Below are positions 12,741-24,609 of a DNA stretch of 64,000 nucleotides, piece by piece. Position 1 is the first letter of the stretch. Each line of letters opens with the position of its first letter. A program made the translations under genes and the position numbers. The notes below the pieces were generated by a model, which worked only from the letters and a program-made list of their open reading frames with translations, did no database searches and was not told the DNA's origin. The stretch lies in the NCBI RefSeq assembly GCF_963506605.1, contig NC_083288.1:29946001-30010000 (forward strand). Direction: 5' to 3'. This DNA comes from Zootoca vivipara. Taxonomy: Eukaryota.

Positions 12741-13877
12741 AAGATTCAACACTTAAACAGGAGCTTCACAAATATAACATCAAAAGAGAGAGAGAGAGAA
12801 AGAATTTTTATAGATATTGTGAGGAATGAGGATGTTGCTTTTTCACATAAACCACAAATGCAACAAGTTACACACACACACACAAACAAAAACAAAAACA
12901 AAACTGGCAACAAGAGCCCAATTAACCACCCAGCTTAGAGGCCTGATCCCCATCCCCGTCTATCTCTTAAATAATGGAATCATTGCCAGGCAACCAGTGT
13001 GAGAAACGTGATGGAAAAGGCAATTTTCAATTGTCAAACACTAGCAGGATTTTCTGGGATCTGGGGTGGGGGGTGGGGAGATCTTACAAAACTCCCCATT
13101 GTGCTTGCAGCAAAATGAGGTCCTTTTTTAAGCCCATTATGTTGTATCTCTATGAATGGACTCCTTAAGAGAAGACACTGCAGTCCATTCAGTTGCTATA
13201 AATAGATAGTGATTCATGCTTGCAGAAGGAGGCAGGAGGCTCCCCCTCTTCTGCGGGATGCCACATCATCCTAGTAGCAGGAAAATCATAGGCCAGAATA
13301 GGCTCTGGCCCAACCTTTTTATGAATAACAGGCATCTTCTTGAAAGGTGCTTTGGTGATCATAAGGTTCACGCCAAATCACCTCCAGGAGGCTGTGCCTG
13401 CAGTCATGGGAAGCATTGGTGGAGGAAGTTGCAAAGGTATAGGGGGGTGGAGGGAGCAGGAGGGTGACAAGCGGCAGTGGTCGGGGGGGGGTGTTGTGGG
13501 AGCATAGGGCATAGCAGCTCCTATTTTTTTCTTTAAAACCAAACCAAAAAAACCACTGAATAGAGCAATGGCATAGATTTTTCTCATCTTATGTTACAGT
13601 ATATTGATTAGTAAACTAAACACAAAAGGCTACGGTGGTTCAATGATTATTCTCTGCAAGAGAAGACCAGTGCTCAGTCACAAAAGTCAATGTGTAGATA
13701 TTTTTGGCATGCTCCTGAAAGGGAATAATTCATCAGTCAACACTCAAGGAACTACCGTCAAAACCTTGTGCTTATTGAAGTATTTCAAATGCTTGAATAA
13801 AATAAAAAGATTAGTGACCCTTTTCCATTTGGTGTTTCTTTTCTAGTTGGAACTGGAAGATTAGATTGAAGATTCAG

Positions 13878-14385
13878 TCTCCCACAAAGCACTGTAGAAA
13901 TTGTAATAAACAAAATGTGCCCTTATTCCCTTAAGGGGTATACAAGAGTCATTGTAGTGTCCTTTGGAGGTTCTCCATCGGTAGGAGAAAATAACAGAGG
14001 TACACAGATTTCTGCTGTAGACTACCCTTTTCTGTGAGGCAGGTATGACGTGTCTGGGGTGGTGGTCTTGGGCTACACCCCTTCTGTGATGTATGTATGA
14101 TGCTTCTGGGGGTGGCCTTGGACTGGAGGGTGGGCAATTATAAATGTCTCTATCAGGGCAGGCACACTTTTGTTCTGGGATCTTCTCTTTTCTCCTGTCT
14201 GAGAGAGAACACCCTGTTGCAACAGTCAATAAAGATCAAGCTTCTCAATATTCTCTGGTTGGCCTCTGTTATTTTCTCCTACCGATGAAGAACCTCCAAA
14301 GGACACTACAATGACTCTTGTATACCCCTTAAGGGAATAAGGGCACTTTTTGTTTATTACAATTTATACAATGTTTTGTGGGAGA
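13878..14385. repeat. Fold-back LTR: ~123-bp inverted arms (13878-14000 and 14263-14385) around a 262-bp LTR segment
   Basis: The arms are reverse complements of each other. The loop resembles the 7010-7210 part of the ERV LTR and has AATAAA at 14228. Confidence 0.9.
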
Positions 14386-14498
14386 ACTTGTTTGTCTAAT
14401 GTCTAATATTCAGTACTTCTGTCCAGAAATTCTTAATTTTCTTTATTAATGGTCTCTGAAGGCATTCCCAGCAAAAAGGTTTTACAGGTGGAAATGAC

Positions 14499-14529
<31 letters not shown>

Positions 14530-15853
14530 CTTTATTCATATTAGCCAAAGGCCATAGCAACAATAAAACGATAAACTGTGTACAATAAAAGATTTGTTAA
14601 AAGAATCCTGAATTATCAATCAGTTGGTGGCCCTTATTCTAATTGCCCCAGCAATGAATCTAGCAACCTTAGCTGTTGTCTGGTCATTTAGGTCTGATAG
14701 AAGGAAATGCATTATGGCCATGGTTGAGGGCCCTGGGATGGTTAGAAGGAGTGGAGTAATGATCTCGTCCTCAAGTCTTTATAAAGGGAACAGGACAGGA
14801 GGACATGTGCCACTGATTCTATACTACCTTCTCCACAGGGGCAAAGTCATTTCTCAAATAAGATCTTTTGGAATTGACCCTCGAGAACTGCAGGTGGCAG
14901 AATGTCCAGTCTTGCAAGTGTAAAGGCACGTCTGTATTTTGGGATAATAAGTTTGTGCAAATATGGAGCCATAGAATCAAAGTTGGAGGTTGGAAAATGA
15001 GCATACCAGGGGCAAAATTTCTTTATAGTAGCCAGGTTGTTCTGATGCTCAATGTCTTTTAAATGTTGACAGATTAGACTGTTTGCTTTGTTAGTGCCCA
15101 TCATAAGTACCGTAGGTGTTGTGGGGATAGGCCACAGGAGAGTAGTTTTTGATGGACAGTTTTGGTCCAGGCGCTTTCATGAGGGTCTTGAAGTACTAGA
15201 GGCAATAAGCCAGGGGATTTGAGCTTAGATGGAGCCAGAAGCTAAAAGTTCTTTGCTAGGCCCATACTTCCACTGAGGGGATACTTGCCTCCAGTCGCAG
15301 TGATGCGTTAGGGACGCATGGTCGGACAGAAAAAATCTGCCTTGAGAACTTTGATTGTACAGATTCCATGGTGCTAAGGTGGGTACCGGTCCAAATTTGG
15401 GCCCCGTATAATAGCTGCGCTAGGGGTTTAGCCTGAAAGACTTCTATGGCTGATGGTATGTGTTTAACCCCCTTTGTCTGGAAGAAACGGGTCAGTGTTT
15501 TGGCACTTTGGGAAGCTTTTTCTTTTGCACATTTTTGGGGTACATCCCATGACCCCTAGACTGAAAAATAAGTCCCAAATATTTAAAGGCTTTAACCTGT
15601 TCGATTGGCTGGTTATCCATGGGCCAACTGTGGGGCCTGTATTTTCTTGAAAAGACCATAACTTTGGTTTTCTGATAATTGATGACCAACTGTTCTGTTC
15701 GACAATACATTGAGAATTCTCTTATCAGTCTTTTCAAGCCTATTTTTTGTTTGAGATAAGAGAACTGCATTATCTGCCATATAGGAGCACAGAAGTTGGC
15801 ATTGTGACCAATTTAGGGGCATGGAACTCTGGAGAGGTTAGACATTGAACCAT
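14499..15853 (-). mobile_element. 5'-truncated LINE (RTE-X-like), 3' part of ORF2
   Basis: Disrupted RT motifs (Y)ADNAVLLS, INYQKTKVMVF, FKYLG and RRAFTLARL. AATAAA plus (ATT)n tail. 11-bp TSD GTGGAAATGAC (14488-14498 and 15854-15864). Empty site near 26617. Confidence 0.85.
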
Positions 15854-15949
15854 GTGGAAATGACATAAAGCAAACATATAACAGCAGTAAATTCATTCAT
15901 TTGTTCATTTTGCATGAATGATAAAATTTACATGAGTATCACAAAATAC

Positions 15950-16335
15950 GTTTCCAAGCACACCTCAAAGTGTTGGTGCTGACCTTTAAAGTCCTAAACG
16001 GCCTCAGTCTAGTATACCTGAAGGAGTGTCTCCACCCCCATCGTTCTGCGTCGAGGGCCTTCTGGCGGTTTCCTCACTGCGAGAAGCAAAGCTACAGGGA
16101 ACCAGGCAGAGGGCATTCTCGGTAGTGCCGTCCACCCTGTCGAATGCCCTCCCATCAGATGTCAAATAGATAAACAACTACCTGACATTTAGAAAACATC
16201 TGAAGGCAGCCCTGTTTAGGGAAGTTTTTAATGTGCAATATTTTAATATATTTTAATCTTTGTTGGAAGCCGCCCAGAGTGGCTGGGAAAACCCAGCCTG
16301 ATGTGCGGGGTAAAAATAAATAAGTAAATAAATAA
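15950..16335 (+). mobile_element. L2 LINE 3' end
   Basis: KVLVLTFK-coding segment and GCCGCCCAGAGTGGCTGGG 3' UTR; same family as 51547-52970. Confidence 0.85.
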
Positions 16336-16337
16336 TA

Positions 16338-16479
16338 CAGTGGTACCTCAGTTTAAGTACACAATAGGTTCCGGAAGTCTGTACTTTACCTGAAGCGTAC
16401 TTAACCTGAAGCGAACTTTCCCATTGAGTACTTAAACTGAAAGAACTAAAACGAAGCGTACTTAAACCGAGGTATGACT

Positions 16480-16480
<1 letters not shown>
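16338..16480. mobile_element. Tc1/mariner (Tigger-like) MITE
   Basis: TA|CAGTGGTACCTC...GAGGTATGACTG|TA; absent from the duplicate near 27100. Confidence 0.85.
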
Positions 16481-16524
<44 letters not shown>

Positions 16525-17920
16525 TAAATAAAAAGTGTACTGTCATCCTGAGGTTCTGAAACTTGGTCTTGATGCTTGCTCAGCTCCACAACAGTTCTGT
16601 CAAGCAAATGAACATTCAGGAAATAAAAATTACAACCCTTTGTACATAGAAACATCATTTACAACAACCAACTGCATCTGCAAAATGCTTTGTTGAGGCA
16701 GCCTCTCAACAATGTTCTATTTTCTCTGGAGGGAACAGCTGTAAAAGGCAATATAGAACATCTCTTTGCAGGTATAGTATAGTACTTGCACTTTAAGCCT
16801 TAACCAGATCATCACGGAAACAAGATATAATTAATTACAGACATTAACATTTCTATTGCCTTATTGGTGCCAATCATCTATTTAGGTTAGTGTGGAAACA
16901 AACAAAGAAAAAGCGAAGGGAAAACTTTCAACACACTTTTCTAATCAGGTGCACTGGGCTCTTGGGAGCATGTCTCCAGGAAATAAATAAAAAAACACAG
17001 AAGAATAAATTGCTTCAAACAGCAGAAGAACCTCAGTATTGGTTGATACACACAGAGGGCCAAGTTTCAAAGAAATAATTAAGAAAGATCAAAGAATGGT
17101 GAACTATGCTGTGATTTGTCTGCCCATTGCAAACTTGTTGAGACAAGATAAATTCGCTCTACATATATATGCAACATAATACTTCAAAGTCTTCCTCCTA
17201 AACAACTGGAGCCTCTGCTTTGAAAACTGCTGCATTTGAGCTGATAGGAGATTTCTGCCTGGAACCGGTGATTGTTACTTCAATAATGTAAGTGAGTACA
17301 TCCATTTTCAATCGTTTAATAGTAAAATTCTATGCTCAGAGTATGTCTCATTAAATTTAGTGGGACTTACTCCCAGCTAAGTGTACACAGGATTGCAGCC
17401 TACATTACTAAAATTTACGTTATTAGAAATCAATTGTACCTGTTCAATACAGACGTGATAATAGGAGACCAATTCACTTAGCATTCTAAATAGTAATGAG
17501 TAGTTAAATTGTGCCAAAAAACTAATTTGTAAGCCAGTGCAGGTGTTTTGTGAGTTCAAAATTGAACCTTGATCAGTAATAAGACTGTTGCATTGTTAAA
17601 CAGCTGGAATTTCGTCTCACGACTAAGGTAGTTTTACAGAATTTTCTCCTGTGCCCCAAAACCTCTCATCCATTCAGGATGCATTTATGACATCCACTTT
17701 GTTGTACTATGAGGAAAATGTTGCAGGGGCAACAGGGTTATCACAATCCTCCCTACATGAAGCACACATTTCAATCGGCAGCAGCACTGCCTATTTTATT
17801 AATAAATATGAATTTAAATTGTCTGCATACAAGCATGACATAAAATGGAGAATCAGTTCTGATATTTGATGGGATTTTCTCTCCCTCACAGGTAGCACCC
17901 AATTCTGAGGGACATACAAA

Positions 17921-18913
17921 ATGCGTAATCTGACTCTCACATCTGGATTTCTACTTCTAGAATTTTCTCAGATCCGAGAACTACAGATACTACACTTCTT
18001 TGTGTTCCTAGGACTATACTTGATAACGGTAATTGGGAATCTTTTGATCATCTTTGTAATAGCCCTTGACCACCACTTGCATAGACCAATGTACTTCTTC
18101 CTCATGAACTTGGCCGTTTCTGATATTGGCTCAGTTTCTTTCATTCAACCCAAATCTGTGGTTAATTCAATCATGAACAACAACCACATTTCTTATGCTG
18201 CATGTGTCACTCAAGTTTTCTTCATTTTCCTCTTTGGATGCTCTAATTTTACTGTGTTAACCATAATGGCACATGACAGGTATGTTGCCATCTGTAATCC
18301 ACTGCAATATGAAGTAATTATGAATAAAGGGGCCTGCATTCAGATAATAACCATTGCATGGATCACCAGTATTCTCTATGCTGTGCTGCACACTGCAGGC
18401 ACATTTTCAATTTCCTTCTGTTCCAATCGAGTTGATCAATTCTTCTGTGAAGTCCCAAAACTACTAAAATTGTCTTGCTCTGACTTGTACCTAGTTGAAG
18501 TTGGACTTCTTGCATTTAGCTGTATTTCTGTTTTTGGATGTTTTGTCTTCATCATTGTAACTTACGTGTGGATCTTGACTACAGTCCTCAAAATGCCTTC
18601 TGAACAGGGACGGCATAAAGCCCTCTCCACCTGCCTGCCCCACCTCCTCGTTGTCTCTGTATTTGTTTCCACTGGGCTCTTTGCCTACATCAGACCACCT
18701 AATAGTAATAGCCCATCTGGCCTGGATCTAGTCTTTGCTGTGATGTATACTTTACTTCCTCCTATGATGAATCCCTTCATCTATAGCATGAGAAATAAAG
18801 AGATCCAAACAGCACTGAGGAAGCTATTGAGCCTTAAACACTTTTGTGACACTTTCCCCAGATATATCCAGAAATGCTTGGGATTACCTATAATATTCCT
18901 GCCCAGGAGCTGA
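17921..18913 (+). CDS. Olfactory receptor, OR14-like (OR-B, 330 aa)
   Basis: Complete set of OR motifs; acceptor-like CTCCCTCACAG ends at 17891. Confidence 0.96.
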   Translation: MRNLTLTSGFLLLEFSQIRELQILHFFVFLGLYLITVIGNLLIIFVIALDHHLHRPMYFFLMNLAVSDIGSVSFIQPKSVVNSIMNNNHISYAACVTQVFFIFLFGCSNFTVLTIMAHDRYVAICNPLQYEVIMNKGACIQIITIAWITSILYAVLHTAGTFSISFCSNRVDQFFCEVPKLLKLSCSDLYLVEVGLLAFSCISVFGCFVFIIVTYVWILTTVLKMPSEQGRHKALSTCLPHLLVVSVFVSTGLFAYIRPPNSNSPSGLDLVFAVMYTLLPPMMNPFIYSMRNKEIQTALRKLLSLKHFCDTFPRYIQKCLGLPIIFLPRS

Positions 18914-19110
18914 AAGTGTTGAGATCTGCTAAAGAATTCCCATCACTGGAGACAGATAAAATGTGGAGACACAGGAGTTGTCCTTCCCTGTCTGCTAGTA
19001 GTTATCATGACCGCTACATATTATCTCTTTTAGTTTATACTGTCATTTGAAGAATATATCTTATCTATTTATTATTTGTTACTGATGATGTATGCTTGTT
19101 TTTACTGATA

Positions 19111-19527
19111 CAGTGGAACCTCAGTTTATGAACACCTCGGTTTATGAATTTTCGGTTTATGAACGATGCAGACCCATCTGGAACGGATTAATTCATTTTC
19201 CATTACTTTCAATGGGAAAGTTTGCTTCAGTTTATGAACACTTCAGTTTATGAACAGACTTCCGGAACCAATTACACCCATGCTTCAGTTTATGAACGCT
19301 TCAGTTTAAGTACTCCGCGGACCCGTCTGGAACGGATTAATCCACTTTCCATTACTTTCAATGGGAAAGTTTGCTTCAGTTTTTGAACGCTTACTCTGCA
19401 GACCGTCTGGAACGGATTAATTCACTTTCCATTACTTTCAATGGGAAAGTTCGCTTCAGTTTATGAACGCTTCAGTTTATGAACAGACTTTCGGAACCAA
19501 TTGTGTTCATAAACCGAGGTACCACTG
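19111..19527. mobile_element. Tc1/mariner (Tigger-like) MITE with three internal tandem repeats
   Basis: TA|CAGTGGAACCTCAGTTTATGAACAC...GTTCATAAACCGAGGTACCACTG|TA; absent at the paralogous site near 31215. Confidence 0.9.
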
Positions 19528-20200
19528 TACTGATGGTGTTGTTGGGTAGGGCTTGTGTTTGTGGATTTGGGGTGTGCTAGTACGGTAGTTATAATGGCCA
19601 CTACGTTATCTCTTTTAGTTTATATTGATGTTTTAATAATATATCTTATATCTAATTTATTTGCTCTGTTTAGCTTTGTTTTTGTACTGAGGTGGTTTCA
19701 TTATTATTGATGATGCATGCTAATGGTTTTCTATTTTAGGCTTATTGATGTAAAGCCTGAGATTTGCATTAAACATAGGATATAAACATTTTACAGAAGA
19801 ATAAATAGCAAAGTTCTTCCTTCATCAGAATGCACCTCCCATGTTTAACCTTATTTGCTTGCACCATTTTAGCTTTTCCACAGATTCCCCTCATGATCAG
19901 CACATGCATGTGTAATCTCCCTGCATTTCATCCATGTTTTGCATCTGGAGACCTTTTAACCACCCCCAAGAAATAAATTCAGTCATGACTCAATTTTTTG
20001 GTTTGGTTTTTGGCAGAATTTAGGCCACAACTTTATTGGTTACAATCAACTGAGTGGTTGCACAGGCTCTAGTAAGGCTAGATATCTGCAGCCCTGCAGG
20101 CAGCGCTGACCCTGGGCACCAACTATAGGTCAGCCTTGGGTGAACACCTGGTACAGACGGCAAGCAGGAGCCCTGCTAGGTGTCCACCCCAGATGTCCCC

Positions 20201-20504
20201 TGGGGTTGCGTTGCTCCTCTAGCTTTATTGGCCGAGGAAGCTGGCGTACAGCTTCCAGGTCATGTGGCCAGCATGACAGAGCCGATTCTGGCGAACCAGA
20301 GCAGCACACGGAAACGCCATTTACCTTCCTGCCAGAACGGTACTATTTATCTACTTGCACTTTGACGTGCTTTCGAACTGCTAGGTTGGCAGGAGCTGGG
20401 ACCGAGCAATGGGAGCTCCCCCCGTCACAGGGATTCGAACCGCCAGCCTTGTGATCGGCAAGCCCTAGGCTCTGTGGTTTAACCCACAGTGCCACCCACG
20501 TCCC
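20201..20504 (-). mobile_element. Sauria SINE, 3' end lost
   Basis: GGGACGTGGGTGGCACTGTGGGTTAAACCACAGAGCCTAGGGCTTGCCGATC head with B box GGTTCGAATCC. Confidence 0.92.
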
Positions 20505-21285
20505 AACGAAATGGTGGTTCGAGCTAAATGCCAGAAAACAAAATGGCATTTCCGCCTAAATTAGCAGGAAAAACAAATGGCTGCAACCAAAACAATGCAC
20601 CTCCACTCCTTGCTACTGTGGGTGATAAGAGGCAGCAGCAACCCCAACTGCCCTGGTTAAACCCCAAAGCCAAACTCCCAGAAAAAAATTGCCTTACCCA
20701 TAAACGACGACTCAAGCTGACCCTATTACTACAAAACCAGACCCATACCTCGAACCCCACCCAGCCCCCTTTCACACGCTTGCCTCCCCCTCCTTCCCCC
20801 ACTAGCAAAACACAGAAATTGTCTAGCAAGCTCATAGCACAAGCAATCATAAATACCAAGAAAAGTACTCAATAACCCATTTGGGGGGAGGCAGGCAGGG
20901 AGGAGAACATTAAAAGGAACCCCGGGTGAAGGGGGAGGGGGGGAGGAAGCAAAAAAAGGTGGGGGCCAAGTCAAATTGAACTGATCAGAGACAGAGAGGC
21001 AGACAGGAAGCCAAGAGTGAATGGAGGAAGGCGTGGGGTGGAGTGAGGGGTTTAGAACATGGAAACAAGTAGCAAATGGGATGAAGTAAAATGAGGTAAG
21101 CAGAAACAGCAAAAGGATGCAGGTGGTGGATCCCCCCCCAAAAAAAAATATAGTCCGGCCCCCCACAAGGTCTGAGGGACTGTGGACCGGCCCCCTGCTG
21201 AAAATGTTTGCTGACCCCTGAGCTACAGCCTCGAACGATGAGGAAGATCCCCAGCTCTGTTTGACAGCGCGAAGCAGGTGCCTGA

Positions 21286-22111
21286 CATAGAATCATAGAG
21301 TTGGAAGAGACCACAAGGGCCATCCAGTCCAACCCCCTGCCAAGCAGGAAACACCATCAAAGCATTCCTGACAGGTGGCTGTCAAGCCTCTGCTTAAAGA
21401 CCTCCAAGGAAGGAGACTCCACCACACTCCTTGGCAGCAAGTTCCACTGTCGAACAGCTCTTACTGTCAGGAAGTTCTTCCTAATGTTTAAGTGGAATCT
21501 TCTTTCTTGTAGCTTGAATCCGTTGCTCTGTGTCCACTTCTCTGGAGCAGCAGAAAACAACCTTTCTCCCTCCTCTATATGACTTTTATATATTTGAACA
21601 TGGCTATCATATCACCCCTTAACCTTCTCTTCTCCAGGCTAAACATACCCAGCTCCCTAAGCCGTTCCTCATAAGGCATCATTTCCAGGCCTTTGACCAT
21701 TTTGGTTGCCCTCCTCTGGACATGTTCCAGCTTGTCAGTATCCTTCAGTAAGAGCTGTTCGGCAGTGGAATTTGCTGCCAAGGAGTGTGGTGGAGTCTTC
21801 TTCTTTGGAGGTCTTTAAGCAGAGGCTTGACAGCCATCTGTCAGGAATGCTTTGATGGTGTTTCCTGCTTGGCAGGGGGTTGGACTGGATGGCCCTTGTG
21901 GTCTCTTCCAACTCTATGATTCTATGATTCTTGAACTGTCGTGCCCAGGTGAGGTCTGACCGGAGCGAAATACAGTGGTACTATTACTTCCCTTGATCTA
22001 GATGCTATACTCCATACTCCTATTGATGCAGCCCAGAATTGCATTGGGATTTTTTAGCTGCTGCATCACACTGTTGACTCATGTCAAGTTTGTGGTCTAC
22101 CAAGACTCCTA
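21286..22111 (-). mobile_element. CR1 LINE 3' end, host of a nested CR1
   Basis: (ATTCTATG) tail; ORF2 C-terminus [37 protein letters not shown] and RFHLNIRKNFLTVRAV. Confidence 0.95.
21747..21930 (+). mobile_element. Second CR1 3' end inserted in the opposite orientation into the first CR1
   Basis: Ends CTCTATGATTCTATGATTC; the paralogous host CR1 near 32850 is uninterrupted (TCCTTC|TTGAACTG). Confidence 0.9.
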
Positions 22112-22464
22112 GAGTCACGCTTCCGCTTTTATATCCCCCCACGATCACCCAACACAAAAGTGTTTGGCCAAGAAGCCGGGGTGATCGTGGTGCCACCCTG
22201 GCATGACAACATTACTCCGCCCATACCGGGGGGGGGGGACCAGCCTGGGGGGCTGCCCGCAACCAGGACCATCCTTAAAGATGATCCAACTTATCACTGT
22301 GGCATTAATCATGAATCTGAAGCCATTCCTATCGATATTAAATCTCAAAAAGGAAGTAGGCATTGTGTTTTCTAGTGCTTTGTGGGAAAACAGCATGAAT
22401 CTTCAGTCTAATCTTCCAATTCAAAATTTAAAAGAAACACAAAATGGAAAAGGGTGGTGAATCT

Positions 22465-22499
<35 letters not shown>

Positions 22500-22756
22500 T
22501 ATTATTATTATTACTATTATTCAAGCACTTGAAAGATTTCAATAAGCACAAGGAGACACTCTTTTGATGGTAGTTCCTTGAGTGTTGACTGTTAATCCTT
22601 TTCAGGAGCCTGACAAAAATATCTACAAGGTGGCTTTTGTGACAGAGCACTGGTTTTCTCTTGCAGAGAAAAATCATTGCACCACCTTAGCCTTTTGCAT
22701 TTGGTTTAATATACTGCAACAAAACAGGAGAAGAACATATAGCATTGTTGTATTAA

Positions 22757-23118
22757 GGAACAGAATGTAATTGAAAACAGAACAGACAAAACATTGTTGT
22801 ATTAAGGAACAGAATGTAATTAAAAACGTGCCTGTAGTGTGCAAGACAGCATAGAGAATACTGGTGATCCATGCAACGGTTATCATCTGAATGGAGGCCC
22901 CTTTGTTCATAATTACTTCATATTGCAGTGGATTACAGATGGCCACGTACCTGTCATGTTCCATTATGGTTAACAGGGTTAAGTCAGAGCATAAAAAGAG
23001 GAAATAGAAAAAACTTGAGAGACACATTCACCATAAGAAATGTGCCTGTTATTCATGATTGAATTAACCATGGATTTTGGTTCAATGAAAGAAACTGTTC
23101 CAATATCAGAAATGGCCA
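22757..23118 (-). pseudogene. OR pseudogene (TM2-TM4 only), the deleted duplicate of OR-D
   Basis: MEHDRYVAICNPLQY...WITSILYAVLH, with a frameshift. Both ends are deleted relative to 33481-36595. Confidence 0.92.
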
Positions 23119-23620
23119 TGATCTCAGGAATTCCAGCTGCTTCACAAGGCAACAGTCTTATTACTGACTAGGGTTCAATTTTGAACTCACCAATCACCTA
23201 CATTGGCTTACAAATTAGTTTCTGGGCACAATTTAACTACTCATATTACTATTTAGAATGCTAAGTGAATTGGTGTCCCATTATGCGAGATTGTCTCCTT
23301 CCCTACAGACTCTGCCTTGTGTTCAGATTGGCAGAGGGGCCCCTCTTGGTTATTTCCAGCATCCTTAGAAGTTCATGGGACTGTTCTTGGAGAGTTTTCT
23401 TTCTTTCTTATTTTGTAGAAACGACTTTCGAAAAATTTGGATTTTGCACTTTCATTGTAGAATGTACACCATATAATGAAGGCACATATCTTTACCCTAG
23501 TTCTTGACACTACAAATACACACACATAAACACACACGTATCTTGGGTTGCACCTTTTTTTCCAAACTGAAATTGTTTTAAGTGATTTTTATAGTGTTCT
23601 ATACTGCCCTGGGACCTTAT

Positions 23621-23652
<32 letters not shown>

Positions 23653-24084
23653 AATGATGATGATGATGCAGCACTTTCATGCAGTAGGTTAGCATCCTCA
23701 TGAGTGGCTCAGAACAGCACTTTCTCAGCTTCTGCCCATCATAGTCTCTCCTCTGCTTTGATGAGACCTTTGACATCTGGGTTATGTAGGCTACTCCAAC
23801 ACCAATTACACGTCACCAACAACCCAAGCCTAGACCAATCCATGGAAGACATTCACATTTTGGAAAATATAGTTCAACAACATACTGGAGATAGTATAAG
23901 GGACCCTCCCCTTATATAGGAAACCTATTGACTTATACAGGTGCTTTATCTTGATTTCACTTGTACTTCGCAGCTGATAGTACTCACACATTTCGCTGAG
24001 GGTAGACCTGTGCTTTCACCAACATTTCTCTGATGAAACTTGGGACACCCCACTCCATAATGATAATTTTAATATTCATATTTA

Positions 24085-24433
24085 TCCTACTGGGTGGCCC
24101 CAGAACTCTGGGCAGTTTTCCACATATTGGACTCATGGTTGGTCTTCCCTGTGAGCGGTTGTCCCCAGAGCCTGAGTCCAGGGGACATCTGGGTGGAGGT
24201 CTAGCAGGGCTCCTGCTTGCCACTGTCCCAGGTGTTCACCTGAGGCTGACTTATGGTTGGTGCCCAGGGTCAGCGCTACCTGCAAGGGTGCAGGGAGCTA
24301 GTCGAACCAGAGCCTATGCAACCATTCACTTGATTGTAATCAATAAAGTTGTGGCCTAAATTCTGCAAAAACCAAACCAAAAATTTGAGTCTTGTCTGAA
24401 TTTATTTCGGGGGGTGGTGGTTAAAAGGTCTAC
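24085..24433 (+). mobile_element. LTR-like 3' part (AATAAAGTTGTGGCC family); paralogue at 37498-37745
   Basis: Reverse-complement homology to 19940-20200. Confidence 0.7.
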
Positions 24434-24436
24434 ACT

Positions 24437-24609
24437 CTCAAACATTTCACAAATGAAAAAGGGACATCCTACCATACCCTCCAACACTTCTCCAATGAAA
24501 ATAGGGACACCATAAGGACAAGTGAGACATTCCAGGATCAAATCAGAGACTGGGACGGCTTCTCTAAATCAGGGGCATCCCTGGAAAATAGGGACACTTG
24601 GAGGGTCTG
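24437..24609. mobile_element. Non-autonomous hAT-type element; paralogue at 37748-37920
   Basis: CATACCCTCCAAC...GGGACACTTGGAGGGTCTG inverted termini with GGGACA subterminal repeats. Confidence 0.65.

Larger units (their letters stand above)
19940..22261 (-). mobile_element. LTR-like element (AATAAAGTTGTGGCC family) with nested SINE, hAT and CR1 insertions
   Basis: On the minus strand it starts TGCGGGCAG, has TATAAAAG near 22130 and AATAAAGTTGTGGCC near 20030, and ends ...GCA. Same family at 24.1, 31.6, 37.5, 50.1 and 58.4 kb. Treating the span as one element is inferred. Confidence 0.55.

Noticed and set aside
19140-19500. Regularly repeated ~60-bp motif resembling a CRISPR array
   Set aside because: Eukaryotic context, spacers are not unique, and the repeats lie inside a TA-flanked MITE with TIRs.
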